Origin: Aureliella sp.
GTDB taxonomy: Bacteria; Planctomycetota; Planctomycetia; Pirellulales; Pirellulaceae
Reading direction: 5' to 3'
Length of the DNA stretch: 64,000 nt
Assembly: GCA_963691875.1 (NCBI GenBank)
Contig: OY829846.1
Location: 256,001-320,000, forward strand
Made by a program: the position numbers and the translations under genes
The notes under the pieces: generated by a model
What the model was told of the DNA's origin: nothing
What the model saw: only the letters and a program-made list of their open reading frames with translations
The model's database searches: none
Shown here: positions 8,982-19,244 of the stretch, in pieces
How the letters are laid out: each line of letters starts with the position of its first letter
Numbering within the stretch: the first letter of the stretch is position 1

Positions 8982-10355
8982 CTAACGGCGATAGTAACCA
9001 TCCGGATTGTGAACGAAGTAGCAGTCATATGGGTGGGGTCGTGGCAGTCGCCTAAACCTGACCCCACGTTCGTCCACTTCCTCCGTTCCGTCAAATCGAA
9101 GTGGCTCCAGTGAGCCAATGACGATGATGTTTCCCGCCACATTGCTTGCAGTGGGTTTCTTCATCACGGACTCCTCGCGAACTCGCTCTACCACGTTACC
9201 GACCCACTTCAGCTCATGTGCTCGGTCTGCAAACTCTTCCCAGTCGCCGGTGGAACTGTTTTCATACATTTCCTTGACGAACTTCTCCTGGGTCGTGCCG
9301 AGCTTGTAGCAAAGTGGTCCCATCAAGCGGCGAGCCCACTCTTGGTTCACTTCTAATTGCTCCGCTTGCTCAGTCATATTGCCGGACAAGAAGGAAGACA
9401 TTTGGTGATGCAATAGGATCGCGTTCGGGTAAGCATAAGAGTTGTCTGCCAAAGTTGTGATCACCGCGGCCATACTCGCTGCATACGACTTGACGACAAC
9501 GTGAATTGGGGCGTCACTGGCTTCCATCGCTTTTAAGATGCGATAACCGGCCATAACCGATCCACCAGGTGAATCGTCGATGACAATGAAGATTGGATCG
9601 TCGGACTGATTGTTATAGAAGTGCAGTCGCTCGGTGACATAGTTGGCGGTTCTGGAAGTGATTACGCCATTTAGGGCGATCCGACGGTCGCTGATGAAGA
9701 GTTCACCTCCCTGGAACGGGCGGGACTTGTAATCGAGTTCCTTCAGTACACGTCCCTTTGCCTTCTCTCGGTTCTCGGAGAGTGCGATCTCTCTTGAGAG
9801 CTCTGAAACGACTTGCATGTTTTCAAGGCTGGAGAGCTCACTCTCTTGCTTCAGTTTCGTGAATTTCTGTTTCAGCAAAGCGTTTTCGGCGACAAGTAGC
9901 TCAGTCTCAAGTGCGAACGAAGCCATTGCTTTCTTGCGTCGAGCCGATTCAAGGCTAGCTTCGGTGGAGAGTTTCTCCATCTCAAGTTTGAGCGCATTGA
10001 GTTCAGCATCCTGTCGGGCCTTTGCCAGATCCGAGGTGGCTTTTAGATCCTCCATTTCCTTTGCCATTTCCGCCAGCCGCTTGGCATGCGGGTCTTCCTT
10101 CTGCGGTTCTACCTGTGGCTTTGCCGGCTCTGCCGCCGGCTTTGATGGCTCATCTTAGGGTTCTTCTTTACCTTCTTTTGCCTCAGGCTTTACGTCCTCG
10201 TTTGCTGCGTCTTTCTTTTTGCCTTTCGGTGATTTCTTGTCCTCCTTCTTTTCTGCCGTTGCGGCTGCTTGGGCCAGCAAAGGTTGTGAAGCGAACGTCA
10301 GGCAAAGTAGCGGGGCGAGAAGCACGGCTAAGAATCGGACTCGTCTACACGACAT
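8982..10355 (-). pseudogene. ClpP-like (S14) protease with signal peptide and coiled-coil N-terminus, interrupted by one in-frame TAA
   Basis: ATG at 10355 with a GAGAGGA RBS and signal peptide. ORFs 10155-10601 and 8982-10067 share a frame: EEP*DEPSKP (TAA at 10155-10157). The C-terminal part has IDDSPGGSV, AASMAA and LLHHQ ClpP motifs. Confidence 0.8.
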
Positions 10356-10704
10356 GAAATGTATTCCTCTCAAAAAGTCTCTAGGAAGTGAGCGTCCAAT
10401 TAAATCAAGCGTAGGCGGCCAGGGCTGGAAACAGTGTTTCTCTCTGGCGAATCGGGATAATAGCGTTGCGGGAGAACGCCTACGAATTTGGATTCGAAGA
10501 GTTGGCAAACAATGAACTATGCATTGGTATAGTCTGAAGGGCAAGCAATGATAGAGGCTTGCGCTGCAGTGAAGATCACTCTGGAATGGCTGTAGGACCA
10601 ATTACGCCGTCCAAGAGCCGCAACATGGAAGCAGCAAACCGTTGACTGAAATTCTTGCAGTAGCTTTGGTCGTTGGGGCCGACTTGCAAACTCGTTTGTT
10701 TCGC

Positions 10705-12639
10705 TTAGTTTCGCAACTTGGGCTGTGCCGACATCCACTGCTTTTCGGTAACGGACTCGCGAACCTGCAAGTGAATATGTGTTCCTTTCTTATTGCCGGC
10801 AACGACGTCTGGAATGCCATCGCCGTTGATGTCACCAGCTGCCACTTGAGTGCCAACTCCGGAATCGTCGTGGATCAGGTGCGGCACAAAATCGACGCCA
10901 CCCGGTAAGCCTTCAACATCGCGTTTGAGCTCGAACCAATAGGTTACCGCCGCTGCGTTGGGTTCGGGGTCGCCCTTCGGTCCATGCGCCCAAAAACGTT
11001 TGCCGACGACGAAGTCGGTGAGCCCATCCCCGTTGAAGTCGGCGGTGTCTAACGCGTGTGGCTGAGAGAAGTGAACGCCGTATCGATTTTCTTCGGGCTT
11101 CTGATTGATGAAACGGTGCATCTCAAACTCGATCTCGCCACTGTCTGCTTTCGTGTGTTCCATCCAGCCAATACCGTAGCCGTGCGATGCGATCGAAGTC
11201 ACTATGTCATTGTCTCCGTCCCCATCCACGTCGAAAACTAGCATCTGAGCTCCGTCAAGCTTGAAAGGCCAAGTGTGATGCTTCCACAATGGATCTCCCT
11301 CGAGGTTTTCTGGTTGTTCCCACCAGCCTTTGGACTGCAAGAAGTCGACTCTTCCGTCGCCGTTGATATCGCCAAAGCCTAGGCCGTGAGCGTATCGAGT
11401 CAGCTTCAGGTCTTCCGAGATTTTGTGAAAGGTCCAGGCCTTGGTCGGATCGCTAGGGTTGGGGGCGGCCCATCCCAGGCAACCTTTGGAGTGAAAGATT
11501 AACTCCGGCGTCGCGTCTCCCACCAAGTTGCCGAATGCTGGCGATTCGTTGTCTATTTCTTTGTAGACTTCGTGCCTTGCCCACGGCTCGCTTCCCTTCG
11601 AATTTTGATACCACACATGCTCGTGGTCCTTTTTGTAGCCCGGCCACCCGACGATCAGAATGTCGTACCAGCCGTCGCGATTAAAATCCTCTACGAAGGT
11701 CAAGAAGTTGTCGGAGTAGCCCAAGGGATCGTACTCTTTGGCAGGGCGATATTCGTGCATGTCCGTAAATTCGGGGCCTTCGTACCAAAACGGTCCGGAA
11801 ACAATGTCCATCGCGCCGTCTTTGTTGAAGTCACCAAAGAACGCTCCCTCACCATAGAACTTGTCGGTGAGTTGCTTGGTTTCCCACGTGACGAGCTCAT
11901 GGTCGGAACCGTTGGCCGGTGAGAATGCTGTGATCGGAGTCAGCTCTACCTTTCTAAACTCGACTTCAGCTCCTTCGGCTTGAAGTGCAATCTGGCCTTC
12001 ACTTGCGGTGCACCCGTAACCGTCGTTTACAAAGTCTCCGTTTACCCAAACCCGGATTTTGTCGTCCAAGCACTCGATGATCATCGTATTCCATTCGCCG
12101 AGTGGTTTCTCACTGTCGTCAGTCAGGTTCTTGATATGTCGCGACTGCCCTTGTTTGCCACCCCAATTGTTCTTGGGCCCAGCACGCCGATTCTTCATGT
12201 CTGGCACCTTGATATCCTCATGAATGCACCAGAAGTCCCCCGCTGCTTTGTGCTGCATCTGCACTTCCAGTGAAGCGGGAAACATGTCGTAGAGCACACG
12301 TGGACGTTTCCCATCGGTGTGTACCAATACGCCACAGTTGCCAGGCTTACCAGCAAAGCGATATTGCACTTCGAGACGATAGTCTTCGTAAGATTTCTTG
12401 CTGATTAGGTGACCGCGTGGCACTCCCATGCTTACAAGATTCCCATTGCGAACGAGGAAGCTGGGTTCAATGCTCGGATTGTCATCCGCCTTGGGGACAT
12501 CCGGATACCAGCCGTCCAGGTTTTTGCCGTTGAAGAGAGAGGTGCTGTTCACATTTTGCCCGATTGCATTGCACAAAATATGCGATTGAAATAGTGCGGC
12601 GACGAACAAGGAGAAGAGTTTGAGTTGGCGAGTGTTCAT
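10705..12639 (-). CDS. DUF1080 (3-keto-disaccharide hydrolase-like) plus FG-GAP/VCBS repeat protein, secreted
   Basis: SLFNGKNLDGW...GEWNTMII...GQIALQAEGAEVEFRKVEL, followed by repeated GDxNxDGxxD motifs. Confidence 0.85.
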   Translation of the reverse strand: MNTRQLKLFSLFVAALFQSHILCNAIGQNVNSTSLFNGKNLDGWYPDVPKADDNPSIEPSFLVRNGNLVSMGVPRGHLISKKSYEDYRLEVQYRFAGKPGNCGVLVHTDGKRPRVLYDMFPASLEVQMQHKAAGDFWCIHEDIKVPDMKNRRAGPKNNWGGKQGQSRHIKNLTDDSEKPLGEWNTMIIECLDDKIRVWVNGDFVNDGYGCTASEGQIALQAEGAEVEFRKVELTPITAFSPANGSDHELVTWETKQLTDKFYGEGAFFGDFNKDGAMDIVSGPFWYEGPEFTDMHEYRPAKEYDPLGYSDNFLTFVEDFNRDGWYDILIVGWPGYKKDHEHVWYQNSKGSEPWARHEVYKEIDNESPAFGNLVGDATPELIFHSKGCLGWAAPNPSDPTKAWTFHKISEDLKLTRYAHGLGFGDINGDGRVDFLQSKGWWEQPENLEGDPLWKHHTWPFKLDGAQMLVFDVDGDGDNDIVTSIASHGYGIGWMEHTKADSGEIEFEMHRFINQKPEENRYGVHFSQPHALDTADFNGDGLTDFVVGKRFWAHGPKGDPEPNAAAVTYWFELKRDVEGLPGGVDFVPHLIHDDSGVGTQVAAGDINGDGIPDVVAGNKKGTHIHLQVRESVTEKQWMSAQPKLRN

Positions 12640-12652
12640 TCGAGTGTTTCTG

Positions 12653-13576
12653 CTAGTTTTTCGGCGTGGGGAGGTGAACGCAAACGTCGGGGTGCATCGT
12701 GTAGAGTCGGAACCGCTTGCCGTCGCGAACTAATTGTCCGCTGGAGTGGTTGGTTCGGACGATTGGATTCCCTGGATATTTCTTCCAATTTATTAGATCC
12801 TCCGAGACGGCGAGGCTGGTCGTCCAAGGACCTTTCCACTTCGAATCGGCATTCCCATGAAAAACCGCGTAATATCGCCCTTTGTGTTTCAGTACCTGAT
12901 TTAGCGCGATTGCGTGGCGATCGTAATCAGACGGTCCGCGACTGAGAACGGGGGCGTCTTGGATGTTAGTCCATATCCTGCGATCACGCGACTTTGCCAG
13001 CCAGACGCCACGATCACTTCTTTCGTAGAACAAATACCAGTCCTCGTCCTCAACCCATAGTGTTGGGGTCCCGTACGGTCCTGGAGAGAGCGGCGAGCCG
13101 TCTTTCTGGCGGACGTCGAGCTTCCCGTGATCGGTCCAATTGACGCCATCTTTGGAGGTCAACATATGAGGGATGTCGCCAGCTCCTTCGGCAACCATGT
13201 AGAAGGTATCTTTGTGGTGTATGACATGGACGTCCTCTGTCCATGATTCGTCGAAGATCGGATTGTCCGGATGGCGTTTCCAGGTCAGTCCGTCAGAGCA
13301 TGTTGCGTAACCCAGCTTTTTGGTGTCGCTACGCTCTCCTGCATAGCCCGTGTACCACAAATGCCAGTCTCCGCCGAGCCGCAGTATGTAACCGCGTTCC
13401 CGGATCTTACGATCCCAGGTGCGAGTCCCCGTACCACCGAATATAGGATTCTGACCGGAAGGAACGAAGTGCACCAGCTCCTTTGGAAACAGGTCTTCCG
13501 CGGAAGCGCAATAAGCCGAAGCAAGTGTCAAGGAAAGAGCTGCTAGGTATGACGCTGAACGATTCATCAGAAACAT
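12653..13576 (-). CDS. Five-bladed beta-propeller glycosidase-like protein, secreted
   Basis: Signal peptide; repeated SxDGxxW/NPI blades (CSDGLTWKRHPDNPI, TSKDGVNW, VSEDLINWKKYPGNPI). Confidence 0.7.
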   Translation of the reverse strand: MFLMNRSASYLAALSLTLASAYCASAEDLFPKELVHFVPSGQNPIFGGTGTRTWDRKIRERGYILRLGGDWHLWYTGYAGERSDTKKLGYATCSDGLTWKRHPDNPIFDESWTEDVHVIHHKDTFYMVAEGAGDIPHMLTSKDGVNWTDHGKLDVRQKDGSPLSPGPYGTPTLWVEDEDWYLFYERSDRGVWLAKSRDRRIWTNIQDAPVLSRGPSDYDRHAIALNQVLKHKGRYYAVFHGNADSKWKGPWTTSLAVSEDLINWKKYPGNPIVRTNHSSGQLVRDGKRFRLYTMHPDVCVHLPTPKN

Positions 13577-13871
13577 TGCCAGACTCCAGAGCGAATCGTC
13601 TTCGAATTTTCAACCGCTATACATTATACGAAATCTTGCTAGAGCTCGGCCAGTTCCGAAACTACTTCAAGGCGAATTGGCTGGATGTCGAATTTTGGAG
13701 ACTGGCCCAAGAATCGACATGGTTTGTTATGGAAGATCTCGATAGCCTCTTGAACGGAATGACCGCGCTTGCGGAAATCCTGAACGCACTCCTGCAGAGT
13801 GAATGGATCGCTCGGCCCCCAGTCGGCAGAAGATTACGAGGATTCGCTTTTTGCCGTACATCTCTAAGGTA

Positions 13872-14060
13872 TCAACCGCGCGTTTCGGATAGCATTGCCA
13901 ATGATTCGTACAGCCAGTTGATTCGACCATTGCCTGGACCGTTGCCCACGCTAGCACGACTTACGGCTCGATCGTAACGATCGAGCATGGCGGCAATCTC
14001 TAGCAGCTGGCAGCGCGCCTCGAGAAAGTAACTATCCAACACTTCGTCGGGTTCTTGCAT
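13872..14060 (-). CDS. Small conserved hypothetical protein, possibly C-terminally truncated
   Basis: EVLDSYFLEARCQLLEIAAMLDRYDRA resembles a small planctomycete protein family (from memory). It ends abruptly at SETRG*. Confidence 0.5.
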   Translation of the reverse strand: MQEPDEVLDSYFLEARCQLLEIAAMLDRYDRAVSRASVGNGPGNGRINWLYESLAMLSETRG

Positions 14061-14153
14061 TTTCGGATTCTCAATAGCAGCGATGGTGAACACAAACGCC
14101 AGTCAGTTCGTAGAACGGCAGTTGCGATTTGACTGTATGCATACGAAATTTAG

Positions 14154-14170
14154 ATGCAACTCTTATGCAT
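14154..14170. promoter_or_regulatory. Candidate operator ATGCA-N7-TGCAT between divergent genes
   Basis: ATGCA-actctta-TGCAT in the 14060-14364 intergenic region. Confidence 0.4.
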
Positions 14171-14363
14171 GTAAAGCAGGTGCTCTCGAAGGAAAGATAG
14201 CCATAAAGTTGCCGCTATCTTGAGAGGGTTTCCAATTACACCTCTCAACAGAGAATCGAAATCGTCACTCGTTACCCCAGCAGCCGCTCCTGTCAGCGAC
14301 TGATGGATTTGTGTTACACTTCGACAATCACCCTAACAAACATCGACACAAGGACAAATCCGT

Positions 14364-15290
14364 ATGAAACGTCGCGAAGTGTTAGCTGCTGGGGCAGCAA
14401 TTGGAGCCGCTGCAGTGGCCAGCTCGTCCATTTATGCCGGACCTTTTGCATCAAGCAAGGCGCACGATTTCAAGTTGAAGTACGCGCCGCATTTCAACAT
14501 GTTTAAGAACTCAGCTGGCAACGATCCGATCGACCAATTGAAGTTCGCGGCTGACCAAGGCTTCACGGCCTGGGAAGACAACGGCATGAAAAAGAAGCCA
14601 GTCGAGCTTCAAGAGAAGATTGCCAAAACGATGGACAAGCTCGGCATGCAAATGGGTGTGTTCGTTGCTCATGGTTCGATCGGTAAGATCACTTTTGCAC
14701 GCAAGAACGACGATATTTGGGAAGCGGTGTTACAGGATATTCGCGACTCTGTTGAAGTTGCAAAGCGTGTGAACGCCAAATGGATGACGGTGGTTCCTGG
14801 AAACCTGGATGAAACTGGCCGTGATCGCCTCGAGATGGGATACCAGACTGCCAATGTGGTGGAACTTTTGCGCCGCTGCTGCGACATCCTCGAGCCACAT
14901 GGTTTGGTTATGGTACTGGAGCCCTTGAATTGGTACGCCAATCACGGTGGAGCCTTTCTGCAGGGTTCGCCCCAGGCCTATCAAATCTGTAAGGCGGTCA
15001 ACAGCCCGTCGTGCAAGATTTTGTTTGACATCTATCATCAGCAAATCACCGAAGGTAACCTGATCCCCAATATCAAAAAATGCTGGGATGAGATCGGCTA
15101 CTTCCAGTGCGGTGACAACCCCGGCCGCAAAGAGCCCGGCACGGGTGAGATCAACTATCGCAATGTCTTTAAGTACATTCACTCACGCGATTTTGAGGGC
15201 GTGCTAGGTATGGAGCACGGCAACTCTCGAAAGGGCGTCGAGGGTGAGCAAGCTGTCATCGATGCCTATGTCGATGCGGATAGCTTTTAG
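14364..15290 (+). CDS. Hydroxypyruvate isomerase / xylose isomerase-like TIM barrel protein, Tat signal
   Basis: MKRREVL; VLEPLN; LFDIYHQQITEGNL; DNPGRKEPGTGEINY; LGMEH. Confidence 0.88.
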   Translation: MKRREVLAAGAAIGAAAVASSSIYAGPFASSKAHDFKLKYAPHFNMFKNSAGNDPIDQLKFAADQGFTAWEDNGMKKKPVELQEKIAKTMDKLGMQMGVFVAHGSIGKITFARKNDDIWEAVLQDIRDSVEVAKRVNAKWMTVVPGNLDETGRDRLEMGYQTANVVELLRRCCDILEPHGLVMVLEPLNWYANHGGAFLQGSPQAYQICKAVNSPSCKILFDIYHQQITEGNLIPNIKKCWDEIGYFQCGDNPGRKEPGTGEINYRNVFKYIHSRDFEGVLGMEHGNSRKGVEGEQAVIDAYVDADSF

Positions 15291-15324
15291 CGTGCTCGCA
15301 AGCAGACATCGGAGCCTAGCTGAA

Positions 15325-15385
15325 TCACAACCCGAAGCGTAAGCGACAAGAATCGGCTCGTTGCCTCGCTGACGCTCGTGTTAGG
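15325..15385. repeat. Imperfect intergenic palindrome (REP-like element)
   Basis: TCACAACCCGAAGCGTAAGCGA ... TCGCTGACGCTCGTGTTAGGA form imperfect inverted arms. Confidence 0.6.
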
Positions 15386-15480
15386 AAGGAAGCTTACTCC
15401 GGAGCCATAACGCACTATCTAAAAAATCCTTGGTTAAGTTGTTATTCACATCAACTCTACTTCAATCGTAAGATGGTACG

Positions 15481-17541
15481 ATGAAAAAACTTGTTCTTGT
15501 CGCTGCGTTTGCAGCGTTCCTTTTGCCAACCGGCATTCCTTCAAAACTGGTCCAAGCTCAAGTGGATGAATCGAAAGAAAAAGCGGACACACCGCTGCTG
15601 GATCGTGAACTCTTTTTCGGCAACCCGCAGATTGCAGGCGGTCAGTTAAGCCCGGACGGCAAGTTCATTTCCTTCATGAAGCCCTACCAGGGGATCATGA
15701 ATGTTTGGGTTAAAGAATTTGCCGAGCCCTTTGACAAAGCTCGGCCGCTGACCGATAGCAAACGCCCACTCTACGGTTATTCCTGGACTGAGGACGGCAA
15801 GTACATCTTGTTCGTGAAGGATTCAGGCGGAGATGAGAATATGAATCTCTTCGCTGTCGATCCCGGTGCTATGCCTGCCGAAGGTCAACAAACTCCGAAA
15901 GCTCGCAATTTGACGGCGATGGAGGGTGTCACCGCCCAAATGATGCATGCCAGTCAAAGCAACCCAGATCTGCTTTGGGTCGGACTGAACGACCGCGATC
16001 CAGCTTGGCACGATCTTTATCGCCTCGAGATCTCCACTGGCGAGCTCAAGCTCATTTACAAGAACGAAGACCGTATTACGGGCTACGAGTTCGATTGGGA
16101 TGACAAACTGCGTTTGCTCAGCCGAACAGATCCAGCGGGCAATACGACGTTGCTCCGTAAGGATGAAGACAAGCTTGTTCCAATCTATGAAACCAACGTA
16201 GACGAGAGTGCAGGTGTCAGTGGTTGGGATGCCAAGAACGAGAACATCTACTTGGTCACCAATAAAGGTGAGCTCGACTTGGCAACGCTCTACAAGATGA
16301 ATCCCGAGACTAAGGAAATGGAACTGCTGGAGAGCGATCCAGAGTCCATCGTCGACTTTGGAGGATTGCGAGTCGATCGCAACACTCGCGAGATCATTTC
16401 GACGTCGTACACCGAAGATAAAATTCGGTACTATTGGCGAAATAAAGAATGGGAAACGAATTACAAGTTCTTGCAGCATACTTTCCCTGGACGCGAGATT
16501 GCATTCCAAAGTTCGACGAACGACTACAGCAAGTTTTTGATTGCAGTCCACGGCGACAAGTACGCTGCGGAAGCTTGGTACTTTGACACCAAGACTCGCG
16601 AGCTAATTCATCAGTACACGCCTCGTCCAGAGCTCAAGGAAGTAGAAGGCAGTTTGGCGGCCATGACTTCTATCCGCTATCTCAGCAGCGACGGGTTGGG
16701 AATTCCTGCTTATCTGACACTGCCCGTCGGTGTAGAACCAAGCAACTTGCCAGTTGTGGTTCTGGTACATGGCGGGCCAAAGGGGCCACGCGACAGTTGG
16801 GGATACGATCCTTTGGTGCAATTCCTAGCGAATCGCGGATACGCGGTTCTGCAACCGAACTTCCGCGCTAGCGGTGGCTACGGCAAGAAGTTCCTCAATG
16901 CGGGTGATCTGCAGTGGGGCAAGCTTATGCAAGATGATATCACTTGGGGTGTGAAGTATCTCGTCAGCAAGGGAATCGCCGACAAAGACCGTGTCGCGAT
17001 CATGGGTGGTAGCTACGGAGGATACGCTACTTTGGCTGGACTCGCCTTTACGCCTGATCTGTACGCTTGCGGCGTGGACATCGTCGGGCCTAGCAACATC
17101 TTTACGCTACTGGATTCCATTCCTCCTTACTGGGAAGCAGGTCGTGCATTCTTGTACGGAATGGTTGGAGATCCAAAGTCGGAAGAAGGCAAGAGACGGA
17201 TTAAGGAAGCGAGTCCTCTGTTTAGTGCTGAGAAGATTTCGAAGCCACTGCTCATCATCCAGGGTGCCAACGATCCAAGGGTGAAGCAGGCGGAAGCCGA
17301 TCAAATCGCGATCGCACTTCGCGACAAGGGTCACAAGGTCAGTTATCTACTGGCGGATGATGAGGGCCACGGCTTCGCGAAGCCAGTGAACCGCATGGCG
17401 ATGTACGCAGAGATCGAAGCTTTCTTGTCGGAACAGATTGGTGGTCGCTATCAAAAGGAAATGCCTGATGCCGTCGCCAAACGACTTGAGGAACTTCGAG
17501 TCGACGTGGAGAAGGTGACATACGAGCCAACAGAGAAGTAA
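15481..17541 (+). CDS. S9 family (prolyl oligopeptidase / acylaminoacyl) peptidase, secreted
   Basis: Signal peptide; VHGGP; nucleophile [20 protein letters not shown]. Confidence 0.93.
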   Translation: MKKLVLVAAFAAFLLPTGIPSKLVQAQVDESKEKADTPLLDRELFFGNPQIAGGQLSPDGKFISFMKPYQGIMNVWVKEFAEPFDKARPLTDSKRPLYGYSWTEDGKYILFVKDSGGDENMNLFAVDPGAMPAEGQQTPKARNLTAMEGVTAQMMHASQSNPDLLWVGLNDRDPAWHDLYRLEISTGELKLIYKNEDRITGYEFDWDDKLRLLSRTDPAGNTTLLRKDEDKLVPIYETNVDESAGVSGWDAKNENIYLVTNKGELDLATLYKMNPETKEMELLESDPESIVDFGGLRVDRNTREIISTSYTEDKIRYYWRNKEWETNYKFLQHTFPGREIAFQSSTNDYSKFLIAVHGDKYAAEAWYFDTKTRELIHQYTPRPELKEVEGSLAAMTSIRYLSSDGLGIPAYLTLPVGVEPSNLPVVVLVHGGPKGPRDSWGYDPLVQFLANRGYAVLQPNFRASGGYGKKFLNAGDLQWGKLMQDDITWGVKYLVSKGIADKDRVAIMGGSYGGYATLAGLAFTPDLYACGVDIVGPSNIFTLLDSIPPYWEAGRAFLYGMVGDPKSEEGKRRIKEASPLFSAEKISKPLLIIQGANDPRVKQAEADQIAIALRDKGHKVSYLLADDEGHGFAKPVNRMAMYAEIEAFLSEQIGGRYQKEMPDAVAKRLEELRVDVEKVTYEPTEK

Positions 17542-17567
17542 AATCTCACTTCCAAATTGAAACAGCC

Positions 17568-17601
17568 AAGCCCCAGCGAGATGATCGCTGGGGCTTTTTT
17601 T
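17568..17601 (+). terminator. Rho-independent terminator
   Basis: AAGCCCCAGCGA-gatga-TCGCTGGGGCTT followed by a T run, just after the S9 peptidase stop. Confidence 0.88.
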
Positions 17602-17606
17602 CGAAA

Positions 17607-18269
17607 GTGCTGCTAGTGAAGTCGTCAGATGATGTGAATTCCCCCGAGTCGAAGCGCCCTGCGTCTTCCATGTTGTTGCTGGGACTTGTGAGCTATCTGT
17701 TGGTCGTTTGCTTTCCAGGCGTGCTCGCCCTTCTGACGGGCCCAGAGATTCTTGCATCAGGACCCGTCTATTCGGCGTTTACCATCTCTGGGATCTCTGC
17801 GTTTTCGATTGTTGCAAGCCAATTCGTACTAGCTGCTCGTTTTCCCCCGCTTCTGCGAAACTTTGGTGCACCGGCTATGCTACGTCTTCATCAGATCATG
17901 GCTTTTGTGGCGACTGGCTTTGTGGCTTTGCACATTGCACTGTTGCTTTGGGCGAAAGTTAGTTGGGATTTGCTCCTGAGCCCTTGGGTTGGATGGCCCA
18001 TTCAGTTGGGGAGGATCGCGGTACTTGGGTTGCTCGTGACCGTGGGAATCTCATTGGGCCGCAAGCGTATTCCGATTAACAACGCAGACTGGCGATTCTT
18101 TCACGGCATCTTGGCCTGGACGATTCTGCTTTGCGGGTTTGTCCACAGCTTGATTCTGGGTTCGAGCTTTCAGAGTCCGGCTTTCGCCATCGCATGGGTC
18201 GGCTACTTCACTGTTGCAGTGCTATGTGGACTGGCTAAGCGCGAGAGCGAAAAGAAAATTCCGGCCTAA
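17607..18269 (+). CDS. Ferric reductase-like transmembrane domain protein
   Basis: About 6 hydrophobic segments. Paired His pattern LRLHQIMA...VALHI and WRFFHGIL...FVHSL; QFVLAARFP. Start uncertain. Confidence 0.75.
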   Translation: MLLVKSSDDVNSPESKRPASSMLLLGLVSYLLVVCFPGVLALLTGPEILASGPVYSAFTISGISAFSIVASQFVLAARFPPLLRNFGAPAMLRLHQIMAFVATGFVALHIALLLWAKVSWDLLLSPWVGWPIQLGRIAVLGLLVTVGISLGRKRIPINNADWRFFHGILAWTILLCGFVHSLILGSSFQSPAFAIAWVGYFTVAVLCGLAKRESEKKIPA

Positions 18270-18337
18270 GTGAGTAGATTCAGCGGATGAGCAATGCGGC
18301 GATGAGAACACTTTTCAACTCAAGCTAGACGTTGGGT

Positions 18338-19006
18338 TTATCTTGGCCGAGTCGTACGAATCTTGAATTGATTGAGTTGTTTCGACACGGAACGCGTATC
18401 GGCCCAAAGCTGGCGACTGAGGAAGCGCCAGGCGGCAACCATCTTGTCTGCCTTTACGTGCGGACGTAGCCAAGTTTCGACGCACTCTTGACGATATTCG
18501 GGCGTGACCAGCTCGTCGATCCAGGCTTCGTAGTCTGCGATCCAAGACAGTGCACGTTTCCAAAGTTTACGAGCGCGAAGCCACTGCGGCTTTCCTTTGG
18601 GCCGGGTGAAACTCGGAAGTTCGTCTGGCCAGTGCAGGTTCAAGCTAAGCGACTCGATTGGCGCCCAGGTTGGGCAAAAGTCGAAACGGTCGAGTAGGAG
18701 ACCACCTAGGTCACGGGAACCAAAGAACATTCCCCAAGCCCACAGGCAAACATGTATATCATCTTGGTCCAAGCGATAACATGTCGAACGTTCGTAGTCC
18801 TCGGTATCGCGATGCTGTTCGAAACCAAAGTGCATCAAGAGGTTACCCGCTTCACACTCGACGTCTCGGCCCCAGCACCAGACCTGTTGGCTCATCAATT
18901 TGCCACCAAAATTGTCAACAGTCCGGGGGATGCACCAGCCTTGGCCAGTACGTGAACCGGATTTCGATCCGCGATCCTTCGAAAGTTCTTCTGCGATTAC
19001 GGTCAT
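18338..19006 (-). CDS. Hypothetical protein, QQxWCWGRD family (paralog of 19245-19835)
   Basis: 222 aa ORF at the end of a tightly packed operon; collinear similarity to 19245-19835. Confidence 0.85.
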   Translation of the reverse strand: MTVIAEELSKDRGSKSGSRTGQGWCIPRTVDNFGGKLMSQQVWCWGRDVECEAGNLLMHFGFEQHRDTEDYERSTCYRLDQDDIHVCLWAWGMFFGSRDLGGLLLDRFDFCPTWAPIESLSLNLHWPDELPSFTRPKGKPQWLRARKLWKRALSWIADYEAWIDELVTPEYRQECVETWLRPHVKADKMVAAWRFLSRQLWADTRSVSKQLNQFKIRTTRPR

Positions 19007-19013
19007 AGTTGAG

Positions 19014-19235
19014 TTACAACAGTTCTTGCGCCGCTTTGCGGAACCACGCTATTGTTTGTTCGAGGTGATGCTTTCCGTAGAGTCTCTCGAACTCCTTGGT
19101 CGAGGAAAGTTTACGGTCTTCTAAAGAAGTGATTCTTTTCTCAACGTAGTCGGCAGTAAGACGAATTCCGCCAATTGCCTCAATACAATGCCTCCACTCA
19201 GCGTAGGAAGTGGGGATGACGTTTTCGGTGCTCAT
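19014..19235 (-). CDS. Small conserved hypothetical protein
   Basis: 73 aa ORF with <10 bp spacers on both sides; IPTSYAEWRHCI...LYGKHHLEQTIAWF. Confidence 0.8.
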   Translation of the reverse strand: MSTENVIPTSYAEWRHCIEAIGGIRLTADYVEKRITSLEDRKLSSTKEFERLYGKHHLEQTIAWFRKAAQELL

Positions 19236-19244
19236 AGGAAGTCC

